Source: Escherichia phage CL1
Direction: 5' to 3' (one strand)
Length of the DNA: 64,000 nt
Sequence record: OK040806
The notes under the pieces are model-generated. The model had not been told where the DNA came from and did not search any database. It worked only from the letters and a program-made list of their open reading frames with translations. How positions within the stretch are numbered: position 1 is the first letter of the stretch; each line of letters opens with the position of its first letter. A program made the position numbers and the translations under genes. Below, piece after piece: positions 15,327 to 24,826 of the stretch.

Positions 15327-15857
15327 TTATTCCTCTAGCATATGTTTTCTAACAGGAATCTTCATACCATTCTCTGCAAGTGCTTCACCAAAAACTGTGA
15401 AGTACTTTTCAGGCCAGTAGATAGGTTCTCTATCATAGAGAGCGATGAAGTCACCCTCTTCAGTCTTATAAGCAATCCTTCCAGATATCTTAAACTGGTA
15501 CAGCTTTAAAGAACCATCATGGTATTTTACACAGGCTTTAAACCGTTCCTTGAAAGCATACTTAGCAAACCTTTCATAAAGGTCACTTAGTAGTACTTCA
15601 ACATTATCTACTTGTGGGATGCTTAAGTTATCACAAATATTTTTGTATTCTTTATCAAAATCTGTACAGTTAAATGGTGTAGCTCCAGTTTCATACCAAA
15701 ACTGTAGTATAGCTCGCTTTTTGGGTTGCTTATCTGAATACTCAGCCTTTTTTATCTTGTACCAAGCTCTACGAAGATTGTTGTCATCCATTCTCAAACA
15801 TCTGCATCTGAAGTTATGTTCTGCAACATATTCATCAATACTTTTGACATATTTCAT
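15327..15857 (-). CDS. hypothetical protein
   Basis: start moved to MKYVKS (GAGGAG SD; 4-nt overlap with upstream stop). Confidence 0.35.
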   Translation of the reverse strand: MKYVKSIDEYVAEHNFRCRCLRMDDNNLRRAWYKIKKAEYSDKQPKKRAILQFWYETGATPFNCTDFDKEYKNICDNLSIPQVDNVEVLLSDLYERFAKYAFKERFKACVKYHDGSLKLYQFKISGRIAYKTEEGDFIALYDREPIYWPEKYFTVFGEALAENGMKIPVRKHMLEE

Positions 15858-16051
15858 GATTTCTCCTCTGTATGATACCAAATGCCACAAACGTTACAGG
15901 CATAGAGATTTAAGTCACTCTTGTCAGGTTTATGAAAACAGTTTGACCCGCAACGACACCGGAATAGCTTACCATCAACACGAAGAATGAATGTTTCAAG
16001 CTCACCATCTTCTGTAAGAACTGCGTTCTTAAATTTATCTTCTGCAGTCAT
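15854..16051 (-). CDS. hypothetical zinc-finger protein
   Basis: 65 aa; CRCGSNC...CNVCG Cys cluster. Confidence 0.35.
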   Translation of the reverse strand: MTAEDKFKNAVLTEDGELETFILRVDGKLFRCRCGSNCFHKPDKSDLNLYACNVCGIWYHTEEKS

Positions 16052-16254
16052 TTTCTCTTACCACCAATCTCTACGTCGATAACCTGAACATCACCAGCAA
16101 CATCAAACTTATGAATGATACTTTCCACAGTGTAAGTCCAACCCTCGATTCGAACCAACTCACCTTCTCGTGGGACGATTGGGTTACGTTGAGCTACGGT
16201 TGTAGTGGAGTGAACAACATCATAACAGTAGATATAGTTTACTAGGACTTCCAT
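16048..16254 (-). CDS. hypothetical protein (start uncertain)
   Basis: ORF open to 16353 but overlaps the lipoprotein gene; ATG at 16254 avoids overlap. Confidence 0.3.
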   Translation of the reverse strand: MEVLVNYIYCYDVVHSTTTVAQRNPIVPREGELVRIEGWTYTVESIIHKFDVAGDVQVIDVEIGGKRK

Positions 16255-16264
16255 CTTGAAAACC

Positions 16265-16501
16265 TCACTCAATAACAGTAGTGTGTGATTGACCATTTTT
16301 GCCATAGCTATAAGATGTTGTTGTTTGAGAGTTTGGACATCTGACAACAACAATATCTCTGCTTATGGCATCACCATGTAACTTATAGACTTTGCAATCT
16401 TGCATCTCTGGTGGGAGGCTATAAGAAGCATTTTTATCCTCATAAGAAGGGTTGCAGCCAGCTAGAAAAATAACACCAAGTGCAATTACTGCTTTCCACA
16501 T
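16265..16501 (-). CDS. small lipoprotein
   Basis: 78 aa; signal peptide with canonical lipobox (VIFLAGC), short mature domain. Confidence 0.45.
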   Translation of the reverse strand: MWKAVIALGVIFLAGCNPSYEDKNASYSLPPEMQDCKVYKLHGDAISRDIVVVRCPNSQTTTSYSYGKNGQSHTTVIE

Positions 16502-16689
16502 AACACATCTCCTGTTTTATTGTTCACGATGTTCTACTTCTCTGTATGTACGCCGGTAGTTTATGATGAGTTGTGCTAATTCGTTGCTTTTAACATCTGA
16601 ACGTAGCAGTTGCCAATCAAAACCTTTACCGACTCTTCCATATAAGCTAAAGAATTTTACTTTGCGTTTCATTTTGGTGTCCCCAATAC

Positions 16690-16902
16690 TCAGAGGTCAA
16701 TACTAATACGTTCACCCTTAAGGACTCCTGTGCGGTCTCTTGCAATCTTACCATCAACAATAAGAATATGCGCAGACCTTAAAGTGTCCTGATTAAAACC
16801 TTTTACGAACTTACTAGGCATCACCACAATAAGCATCTCTTGAATCAACTCTGGAGTGTAGCAGTTGTCGTGAAGTTGCTGAATAACGTCTGCAAGTGTC
16901 AT
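16690..16902 (-). CDS. hypothetical protein
   Basis: ORF-track start is TTG; first ATG (MTLADV) has GGAGA SD and a 4-nt overlap with upstream gene. Confidence 0.3.
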   Translation of the reverse strand: MTLADVIQQLHDNCYTPELIQEMLIVVMPSKFVKGFNQDTLRSAHILIVDGKIARDRTGVLKGERISIDL

Positions 16903-17108
16903 TTTTGATGTCTCCAATATTCAATATCAATAAGCTCTTGTGCAATGCTTTTCAGATTACCTTTCAAGAAAACCTTCTCAGAACCTGAAAGAGATGAATT
17001 GTCAATTAACCTGTTCATCCTCTCAAACAACTTCTGCTTACGATTTTTGATAGTTTCCTTTGAAGCACCTTTCATCATCGCTGCATGGGTTCTCCCACGG
17101 TGGCTCAT
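16899..17108 (-). CDS. hypothetical basic protein
   Basis: 69-aa Lys/Arg-rich ORF. Confidence 0.3.
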   Translation of the reverse strand: MSHRGRTHAAMMKGASKETIKNRKQKLFERMNRLIDNSSLSGSEKVFLKGNLKSIAQELIDIEYWRHQK

Positions 17109-17169
17109 AAGCCCTCCTATATAAGATATTGTATAAGGTACTCTTCCATGAGCACCTTGTCAATACTAA

Positions 17170-19866
17170 TTAGTGTACTTCAAGCCAGCTTTTACCAACC
17201 TTACCAGTACCTGTTACAAGTGTTTCTTTCTTAAGACCTAAGTTCTTAGAAGCTTGTCCATAATACCAGTCAGTAACTGCTTTCACTTCTGCCGTCATAC
17301 TCTCTGGACATTCCCAACTTGTTTCATCGTGATATGCGCAGAGCAAACGAGCACCAATAGCTGGTTGACGACCATTCAACTTCATCAACCCTTCGTCAAT
17401 CATACGACGACAAGCAAGGTTAATTGCCTCATTTTGAATCTGGGCCTCTGAACCCATCAGATAGTTCAACAGTTTGTGTGGAGATTTACACCACAACCAA
17501 GCTCCAGCAACCTTTACAAATCCCCCTTTAGAGATTGCAGCGGTCTTACCAAACACCTCTTCAAGTGCCTTTTTAGTTGCTTTGTAGTCAGCTTCCAAGT
17601 CATCTAGCAGCTTCTTAATTTTAGGCAAACGAATAAAGTAAGTCTGCTTAGTCAGTGCACCTTCCTGAGTAGTTGCAGCTTTAATTGTCTTAGCAAACTT
17701 CTCATCACCTGCACCGAACAGCAGTGCATAGATACCATTCTTAGCTTTCTTACGACCCTTGCTAATCTCATGAAGAAGGTTCTCATCCTGAGTAGCTCGA
17801 CAAGTTAAGATATCCTGCTCATCATTCAAGCTAAAGTAAATGCTGTTCAATGTGTGTGCATCAGTCCCTGAATAGACAACGTACAGGTCATTCTCAGAGT
17901 CATAGCGAAGGTACTTATCAATCTCTGGGTTGAGGTACTCATCAAAGTGTTTGCAGTAATAGCGCCCATCTTCTTGACGAATAAACTCAATTTCTTCTTT
18001 GCCTTGCGTTACCGCTTTGGTGAAGTCTTTGTCGCCCATAAAGTTACAAAGGAGAACTAGCTGGGCTGAGTTCATGTCGACAGAGACAACGTTAGTACCT
18101 TCTTCACAAATCCACACTGCCCTCATTGGTTCCCCATAGACAGCAGCACCAGACGGTACGTTTACAATACCATATTGTGTCATACGTCCAGTTGAAGTAC
18201 CAAATACCATTGCACCAGCACTAAGGCGACCATCAGGACGAATCTGGTTCAACCAGCCTTTTTCATCATCCTTTGAGTTCTCAATAGTTCTGCGTCGGTG
18301 CATCAAAGTGTAGTACTTAGCAATCTTCTGTCCAAGCTCACCTTCAATCGTATCGTAAGATGATTCAGTAAGTTTTGGTGAAGTACGGATTAAGCAAGGT
18401 TCAAGCAAGTCTGTGTATTTCTTCACAGACCAGTTATGCTCAATGTACTGGACACCTTCGTGTTCAACATAACTCAACCCACACCGTTCAACCATCTCCT
18501 GCCACTTAGGATGCTTTGTAATCATCTTTTTGTTGTCTTTGAAACGACAAACTTTGACAGGACGACCATCTGAGTCTTTCTTGTAGTTCCAGTCATCTGG
18601 AATCCAACCAACTGACTTCAAGTAGTCTTTAACAACTGCCACCTGAGTCATGCGAGAAACTTCGAACTCAATTGGTGTATATGGTGCATCAATTAACCCT
18701 GTGTAGCGACTTGACTCCAGTTCAAAGTGGTTAACAACATGGCTGTTATAGTACTTCACAGTCTTGACTGTTTTTACTGGCTTCCAGTCTTTGCATTTCT
18801 TACCAATCTTTGCATTCAACTCATTGCAAATTGCACGAGCATCCTTCATTGCTACAAAACCTTCCTTGTACTCTTCACCAGTTATGGAGTTGGTTGGTGT
18901 ATAGCAATTTCTCTTTTCAATGTTAAAAATCTTTGTAGTTGGCTTACCAAATGGCTTGATTTCATATGTCTGCATCTCACCGTTACGTACCTGCTGACGG
19001 TACTTCGTCTTAGGATACTTGGTAATCCTCTTCAGTCCATCTGCATGACCAAATGCTTCAACATACTCATTCCAAGCTTTTGCAAACTCTTCTCCAGTGA
19101 CTTTACCTTTGGTCTTAATAGTTGGAGGAAGGTGTGGTTCAACTTCCGAAGCAAGCTCATTAGTCAACTTGTCAAGCTCCTTTACATGGAACTCCATAAG
19201 CTCTTTATCAGCTTTCCAACCATTGATAGCTTGTTGACTCATCCAGAAAGATGTTTCTTTAGCTCGCATATAGGTTTCATAAGTGTCTATACCACACTTC
19301 TTTAACTTCAGGTATTCATTATCCAGTGCACGTTTAGTTTTGGCGTTAATACGGATATCTTCCACAACACGAGTGAAGATTTCTGCATTCCACACACCCC
19401 AATGTTCAATCTCTGGTTTACGTACACCAACACGAGCACCCCATGCAGCCAAGCCATGAGCACCTTTATAGCCTTTTGGAGTTGGTCTATCCATCCACTG
19501 AACACGAGACTGGATAAGAGAGTCCTGAAAGAAATTACTCCACGGTTTACACTTTGGATTATCAAAGTTCCACAAATCAGGTGCGATGTGATTGAAAACC
19601 CACCAGTCATATCCCAGACCATTATGGATGCAAAGTCGTTTTGCCTTTAACGCAAACTCAACACCTTCACGCAAGCCACCCTTAATGTACTTGGTATACT
19701 TGTGACCGAGGATAGGCTCATCTGTAAAGACCCATACAGGTGGCTCTTCATTGTCAGATTTATAGTCTGCGAAAGCCATTACGTGCACTTTAGTGAACTC
19801 AAGGAGTAAACCATCAGTTTCTGTATCACCAACTAAGTGTAAGTTTTTAAAATCTACGTTTTCCAT
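17170..19866 (-). CDS. DNA polymerase, family A, with N-terminal 3'-5' exonuclease domain
   Basis: Exo I-like GDTETDGL near N-terminus; motif A-like DMNSAQL, motif B-like K..K.NG.YALLFGAG, motif C YHDE; start at ATG with GAGGGAG SD. Confidence 0.85.
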   Translation of the reverse strand: MENVDFKNLHLVGDTETDGLLLEFTKVHVMAFADYKSDNEEPPVWVFTDEPILGHKYTKYIKGGLREGVEFALKAKRLCIHNGLGYDWWVFNHIAPDLWNFDNPKCKPWSNFFQDSLIQSRVQWMDRPTPKGYKGAHGLAAWGARVGVRKPEIEHWGVWNAEIFTRVVEDIRINAKTKRALDNEYLKLKKCGIDTYETYMRAKETSFWMSQQAINGWKADKELMEFHVKELDKLTNELASEVEPHLPPTIKTKGKVTGEEFAKAWNEYVEAFGHADGLKRITKYPKTKYRQQVRNGEMQTYEIKPFGKPTTKIFNIEKRNCYTPTNSITGEEYKEGFVAMKDARAICNELNAKIGKKCKDWKPVKTVKTVKYYNSHVVNHFELESSRYTGLIDAPYTPIEFEVSRMTQVAVVKDYLKSVGWIPDDWNYKKDSDGRPVKVCRFKDNKKMITKHPKWQEMVERCGLSYVEHEGVQYIEHNWSVKKYTDLLEPCLIRTSPKLTESSYDTIEGELGQKIAKYYTLMHRRRTIENSKDDEKGWLNQIRPDGRLSAGAMVFGTSTGRMTQYGIVNVPSGAAVYGEPMRAVWICEEGTNVVSVDMNSAQLVLLCNFMGDKDFTKAVTQGKEEIEFIRQEDGRYYCKHFDEYLNPEIDKYLRYDSENDLYVVYSGTDAHTLNSIYFSLNDEQDILTCRATQDENLLHEISKGRKKAKNGIYALLFGAGDEKFAKTIKAATTQEGALTKQTYFIRLPKIKKLLDDLEADYKATKKALEEVFGKTAAISKGGFVKVAGAWLWCKSPHKLLNYLMGSEAQIQNEAINLACRRMIDEGLMKLNGRQPAIGARLLCAYHDETSWECPESMTAEVKAVTDWYYGQASKNLGLKKETLVTGTGKVGKSWLEVH

Positions 19867-20123
19867 TTTTACTCCCTCTAAAATCATTAACCTCATACAT
19901 TACTGCAAAAAATTATAAAAAGCAAGTTGACAATGTACTTGACAAGGTGTTAATCTTTGCGAAGTGGGTTTTTACTTAAAAGGTTACTTAACAGTTTAAC
20001 TATACAGATACTTTAAAACTCTTAAAAGATTATTTAATAGCTTTTAAAAAGCTTTAAAGTATAACGTATAGAATACGTTAAGATAAAAGATTAAAACTTA
20101 ATAGTTACTTAAAAGAGGCTTAC

Positions 20124-20546
20124 ATGCAGAAAATGTTTGTTCACCCAGACATAGCTGACTTTGTTAGGGCTTTGCAGAAGTTGGAAGAACTTGACATTGC
20201 TGCTCAACGGGAATATGCTCACCATCACAGGAGAATGGTTGATATACAACATGAAATAGAGTTATCTGAAAACTATGAAGATGACTTAAAATGCTCTGTA
20301 TTTGAGCATATGAAAGATGTTGCTACAGCTAGACGTAAAGCTAAAGACACAGTTGCTTTACTAGATTCTCTTAAAAAGAGGTTGCAAAGTGGTACAGACC
20401 TGTGTAATCTAGCATCACTGATTAATGATGTTGAAACTTCTTGGGATAGACATTACTATCCACGTTCTGAAAAGACACTTGACTTTTCTTCATCCGAAAA
20501 CTTAAAATGTTCTAGAAAGAAACTTAACCAACTGAGAGAGAAATAA
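20124..20546 (+). CDS. hypothetical protein
   Basis: 140 aa; first gene of plus-strand block after divergent control region. Confidence 0.4.
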   Translation: MQKMFVHPDIADFVRALQKLEELDIAAQREYAHHHRRMVDIQHEIELSENYEDDLKCSVFEHMKDVATARRKAKDTVALLDSLKKRLQSGTDLCNLASLINDVETSWDRHYYPRSEKTLDFSSSENLKCSRKKLNQLREK

Positions 20547-20547
20547 T

Positions 20548-21360
20548 ATGAATATCAATGTAGAACAAATGCTTGAAGAAAAAGGTATTGACGAAGCATT
20601 CTTAATCAATGCCGTAGAAAGCATGGCTATGATTCTTCGTGGAAACAACTACACAGAACAGTTTATGCCTGCAAGCTATAACCTGCCTAAAGACAAGTCT
20701 GATAACGGTGCTTTTGCAGAACAGGTCAACATGATGCTTTGCGACAAAACACTTGCTTTAGCATCTATCGTTGTAGGTGTTGATGCTCTTGCAGAGTTCA
20801 TTTTTTATGAAATGCAGAAAAATGACTATATTGCTATGACTTCTGAAGAAAAAGACTCGCTACTGCTCTTAGATAATAATGAGCTAATTGACCTGTTAAT
20901 TTCGTCAACGAGTGCTGTTATGGCTGCTCTTGAGAAGCGTATGGAAGAAAAGCTTTCACGATATGAAAAACTTGATTGGGGTGTAGAAGAGTTAAACCCA
21001 CGAATCAAAGAGATTATCCAGCAAACCAAAGAATCTTTGGAAGAAGCTGTAAAAAATGATTCTGTAGCTGATATAGAACCACTTCAGGTGAAAGTTGCAT
21101 TGATGATTCCAGCTATCTCCACGATGATGAATATCACTGCACTAATCCAACTTTCACAGATGATGGGTACAAGCATTGAGTTCATTGAGAGCATGACTGG
21201 TGGTGTGAGTATGCAAGCAATCAATGATGTTTTGGTAAACATTGGTGCTTCAATCATTGAAGAGAAGCTTCGCATTAACTTTGGTGATGATTTTGTGAAG
21301 CAAGTCTCAGCTATGGCTGAAAAAGAGTATTCACAGATTAGTACTGACCAACTGCACTAA
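20548..21360 (+). CDS. hypothetical protein
   Basis: 270-aa ORF followed by terminator. Confidence 0.4.
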   Translation: MNINVEQMLEEKGIDEAFLINAVESMAMILRGNNYTEQFMPASYNLPKDKSDNGAFAEQVNMMLCDKTLALASIVVGVDALAEFIFYEMQKNDYIAMTSEEKDSLLLLDNNELIDLLISSTSAVMAALEKRMEEKLSRYEKLDWGVEELNPRIKEIIQQTKESLEEAVKNDSVADIEPLQVKVALMIPAISTMMNITALIQLSQMMGTSIEFIESMTGGVSMQAINDVLVNIGASIIEEKLRINFGDDFVKQVSAMAEKEYSQISTDQLH

Positions 21361-21377
21361 GTCTTTATAAACCTTAC

Positions 21378-21402
21378 AAGCCTCCTTAGTTGGGGGCTTT
21401 TT
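21378..21402 (+). terminator. intrinsic terminator
   Basis: AAGCCTCC-loop-GGGGGCTT stem (one G-U) followed by TTTTT. Confidence 0.6.
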
Positions 21403-21421
21403 AGTAATGAAGGGAGATAGA

Positions 21422-22165
21422 ATGAGTAGTATTATCGCATTTACTGGAAAGGCACGTTCTGGAAAGGATACCTCATGTTCGATTGTTAAGAATATCCTAG
21501 AAGATGAGTATGGCTACAATGTTGCAGTAATGGCCTATGCAGACAACCTTAAACTCTCCGCATCAAAGATATTTGACTTGACTTGGAATGACCTGTACGG
21601 TGAAACTAAAGAAACTCCACAGGTTTTTGATTTATCATACCCTGAACTGATGTTCAAAGTCACAGAAGCTATGGAGTTTACCTTCAGAGGTGAACGTTAT
21701 CATACGGACTTTAAACTCATGTCAGAGTTAACCGGACGATTAATTATGGAATTAAAGAAGGTTGCTAAACCGACTCTATTGACACGTCTGGGGTTTAGTA
21801 AAAAGTATAAATTTTCATCAAGACAAATTCAACAGATTTGGGGAACTGAAGTTATCCGTAAAGTTATGGGTGACAAATTCTGGGCTAAAGACCTCGAAAA
21901 ACGAATGGCAAATTTCTTTGACGTTTGCTCACTTAGGAATCAAGAAGGTGTTGTTTTAATCAGCGACTTAAGGTTTGACTCTGAAGCTGAGTGGTTGAGC
22001 AGATTTGCACACCAAACTATTGAAGTAAAAAGAGACAATGTGGACAAGGTTTCATCACATGTTTCAGAAAATGGAATTTCTACCAAATATGCGCGTGACA
22101 TTATCCACAATAATGGTACTCTTGAAGACCTTGAAAGCAAGCTAAGAGCTATCCTGAAAATTTAA
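21422..22165 (+). CDS. deoxynucleoside monophosphate kinase (T4 gp1-like)
   Basis: N-terminal P-loop FTGKARSGKDT comparable to T4 gp1; start set at ATG with AGGGAG SD. Confidence 0.5.
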   Translation: MSSIIAFTGKARSGKDTSCSIVKNILEDEYGYNVAVMAYADNLKLSASKIFDLTWNDLYGETKETPQVFDLSYPELMFKVTEAMEFTFRGERYHTDFKLMSELTGRLIMELKKVAKPTLLTRLGFSKKYKFSSRQIQQIWGTEVIRKVMGDKFWAKDLEKRMANFFDVCSLRNQEGVVLISDLRFDSEAEWLSRFAHQTIEVKRDNVDKVSSHVSENGISTKYARDIIHNNGTLEDLESKLRAILKI

Positions 22166-22173
22166 AAGAGAGA

Positions 22174-22374
22174 ATGAAGATGAGAGTAAAAGATAATTTT
22201 AAAGTTATTGACCATCGTTTAGTGGAACTCTCATCTCTTTCCAATGAGGTAATGATTGAACGTCTTAAGAGAGTTGAATCACGAAGGAAAGAGATTGCAG
22301 ATGAAATTCATGAACTGGACAAGATTGAAAATGGATTGAAGGCAGAACTACAACGAAGAGGTGCTAATGTCTAA
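22174..22374 (+). CDS. hypothetical coiled-coil protein
   Basis: 66-aa ORF upstream of primase-helicase. Confidence 0.3.
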   Translation: MKMRVKDNFKVIDHRLVELSSLSNEVMIERLKRVESRRKEIADEIHELDKIENGLKAELQRRGANV

Positions 22375-24352
22375 AGGTCGTAAATTGAAAGAGGCTGGTC
22401 AGTTTATTGGTCATTGTGCATGTCCACGTTGTGGTTCATCAGATGCTGGTTCAATCTACCATCATGACGATGATTCTTATTCGATGACTTGCTTTAGCTG
22501 TAACAAAGGTTTCCCAGAGTGGGATTTTGATAAAGGACAAATCGTGAGCACTTATTCTACTGGTTCAGACAATAAAAACCGTACTTTCCGTGGAATGGAT
22601 TTAGACGATGTAAAAGAAAACCTAGAAGCAATGGACTTGAAAGACAGGAAGATTCCTGCAAAAGTCCTTGAACGTTTAGGTATCAAGGTTGACATTGATA
22701 GTGACGGTGAAATTGATGCACATTTCTATCCGACATACAAACGTAATGAAGATGGTAAGCTAGAACATGTCGGCTACCGTGTTCGTCACCGTTACCCAGA
22801 AGACCATCCAAAAGAACACCTACGTGGTAAGCTAAAAGACTTTTCAGGCGGTGTTGGAGACATTAAAGGTGAACTGGCAATGTTCGGTTCATGGATTGCT
22901 CCAGAAGGTGGTAATCGTCTGTTCATCTGGGAAGGTGAGATGGAATGCGCTACAGCAATCTACATGACTTCTTTGGCGATTAAAGATAAGTCTCGTCGTA
23001 AGAATTACTGTCACGTATCTGTTCCATCAGGTGCAAACATTAAATCTATCAAAGACAACTACCAGTACATCACATCATTTGATGAGATTTACTTATGCTT
23101 TGATAATGATGAAGCAGGTGCTAAAGCTACCAAAGAGGCTGCTGGTATCCTTCCGATTGAGAAGGTTCGCTTATTCCAGTATCCAGAGGGTGTAAAAGAC
23201 CTTAACGAATGGTGGACAAAGTTCTATAAAGAGAAAGATACAGTTCTGGAAGGATTTAAGCAGCGTATCTACAATGCACCTCGTTACTGCCCTGCTGGTA
23301 TCAAGAACTTTGCAGATGGTTTTGAGGCAATGAAGAATCGTGGTCAGATTCCATTGATTCCTTTCCCAGAATCTTTCGGGGATTTGAACAGACTGACTTA
23401 CGGTGGTTATGGGTTAGGTGAGATTACAACTTTGGCAGCACCATCTTCAGTAGGTAAATCGGCATACACCCGTGAAATGATTTACACTGCTTGGAAAGAA
23501 ACTGACTATAATATTGGTGTAATTCCGGTAGAAGATACCTATGAAGAGTTGATGGAGATGCTCTGTGCAATCCACCTTAGCAAGCAGATTTCTGAGATTC
23601 CTTATGATGAACGAGATTGGGATGAATTAAAGGAAGCACACGCAGAACTATCTAAAGGTCGTCGTATCCACATCGTAGACCATCAAGGGGCAATTGACCA
23701 AGATAACCTGCTTGAGTTTGTTGACTATCTTGTTAATAGTTTAGACTGTAAGATTATCATTCTTGACCCTATTACGTTGGCTCTGTCACGTTCAGATACG
23801 GATGAGGAGGAAGTTTTGTCTGAGCTATTGCGTCGTTGCAAACGCTACCAGTATGCACAGGTAAACGTCTGTCACGTTCGTAAGAGTGCAGGTGGTCAGA
23901 AAGCTAACTCTGAAGGTGGAGATATCTCTGAAGAGGACATTAAAGGCTCTGGTGCGTATTTCCAGATTTCCATGAACAACATCCTGTTAATGCGTAACAA
24001 GGTTGACCCAGACCCTGTTAAGAAAAACTTGACAAAAATCAAGTTAACTAAGTGTCGTCGTCATGGTAAGTCAACAGGTATTGCTGGTCATACTTGGTAC
24101 AATCCAGACACAGGGCGTCTTATCAAAGCTTCTGGGTGTGGTGTTGACATTGATGGTGCAGCAGAAAATATCCGTCAGCAGTTTGGCATTGGTGAAGCTG
24201 AAGACCATTATGACGACTCTTTACCTCATTATGATGATGAAGTATTTGACCGTGAGACTGGTGAAGTTTATACTGAAGAACAGCGTCAAAGCTCAACGAT
24301 TCCACCTGTATTAAGTGAGGATGCAGATGACTGCCCATTCGAAACTGAATGA
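22367..24352 (+). CDS. DNA primase-helicase (T7 gp4-like)
   Basis: N-terminal Cys4 zinc motif (CPRCGSS...CFSCNKG), central TOPRIM-like region, C-terminal DnaB-type Walker A (PSSVGKSAYT) and Walker B (IIILDP); track start is GTG, moved to ATG. Confidence 0.75.
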   Translation: MSKGRKLKEAGQFIGHCACPRCGSSDAGSIYHHDDDSYSMTCFSCNKGFPEWDFDKGQIVSTYSTGSDNKNRTFRGMDLDDVKENLEAMDLKDRKIPAKVLERLGIKVDIDSDGEIDAHFYPTYKRNEDGKLEHVGYRVRHRYPEDHPKEHLRGKLKDFSGGVGDIKGELAMFGSWIAPEGGNRLFIWEGEMECATAIYMTSLAIKDKSRRKNYCHVSVPSGANIKSIKDNYQYITSFDEIYLCFDNDEAGAKATKEAAGILPIEKVRLFQYPEGVKDLNEWWTKFYKEKDTVLEGFKQRIYNAPRYCPAGIKNFADGFEAMKNRGQIPLIPFPESFGDLNRLTYGGYGLGEITTLAAPSSVGKSAYTREMIYTAWKETDYNIGVIPVEDTYEELMEMLCAIHLSKQISEIPYDERDWDELKEAHAELSKGRRIHIVDHQGAIDQDNLLEFVDYLVNSLDCKIIILDPITLALSRSDTDEEEVLSELLRRCKRYQYAQVNVCHVRKSAGGQKANSEGGDISEEDIKGSGAYFQISMNNILLMRNKVDPDPVKKNLTKIKLTKCRRHGKSTGIAGHTWYNPDTGRLIKASGCGVDIDGAAENIRQQFGIGEAEDHYDDSLPHYDDEVFDRETGEVYTEEQRQSSTIPPVLSEDADDCPFETE

Positions 24353-24422
24353 TAGTTATAAAAGAGAGGGGTTCATACCCTTCTTTGAAGAAAAAAGTTT
24401 AAATGAATTTCAGGAAGAGTGT

Positions 24423-24451
24423 TTGACAAAGGTTGATAGGTTCTATAGAAT
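24423..24451 (+). promoter_or_regulatory. sigma70-like promoter TTGACA-17-TAGAAT
   Basis: consensus -35 at 24423-24428, 17-bp spacer, TAGAAT 24446-24451; ~150-nt leader before small ORF 24605. Confidence 0.55.
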
Positions 24452-24604
24452 GCTCTACATGAAATGTGATGGAGGCGTTGAGGTAGAAGAAAAGTTCCAT
24501 CACAGTATGATAACAGTCACTATTACTATACCTCGACATAATATTGGTTGGCTGTTTATAATTAAAGAAAATGTGTTTGAATATCAAGTATATCGGAGAA
24601 TATC

Positions 24605-24751
24605 ATGAAACACTCTAAAGCATTTGAACAAGTTTTTGGGGATTCCTTAAAAGCCACTGCTGGTAAACCAGCAAAATACTATGAAGAGAAGCGTGTAAGA
24701 ACTGGAAAAACTGCACGTAAAGCAGCTTCTAAAGATAAGCACAACTTCCAG
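24605..24751 (+). CDS. hypothetical small basic protein (below ORF-track cutoff)
   Basis: 48-aa ORF MKHSKAFEQVFGDSL... with GGAG SD, lying between two consensus promoters. Confidence 0.3.
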
Positions 24752-24761
24752 TAATTAATGT

Positions 24762-24790
24762 TTGACAATAGAGTATCAACAAATTAGAAT
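24762..24790 (+). promoter_or_regulatory. sigma70-like promoter TTGACA-17-TAGAAT upstream of SSB-like gene
   Basis: TTGACA 24762-24767, 17-bp spacer, TAGAAT 24785-24790; SD GAGG and ATG at 24827. Confidence 0.6.
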
Positions 24791-24826
24791 TGGTACTCTT
24801 CATAAATTGAGATAGAGGTTTAAATA

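Noticed and set aside
18727-19305. 192-aa plus-strand ORF inside the DNA polymerase gene, and similar embedded ORFs (e.g. 3755..4093, 7896..8111, 24123..24338, 40096..40623, 44448..44747)
   Set aside because: All are antisense or out-of-frame within longer ORFs that carry recognisable conserved motifs; treated as chance open frames.
24315-24608. 97-aa ORF overlapping the 3' end of the primase-helicase gene
   Set aside because: Its N-terminal third overlaps the helicase coding sequence out of frame and the rest coincides with the leader transcribed from the promoter at 24423; more likely 5' UTR than protein.
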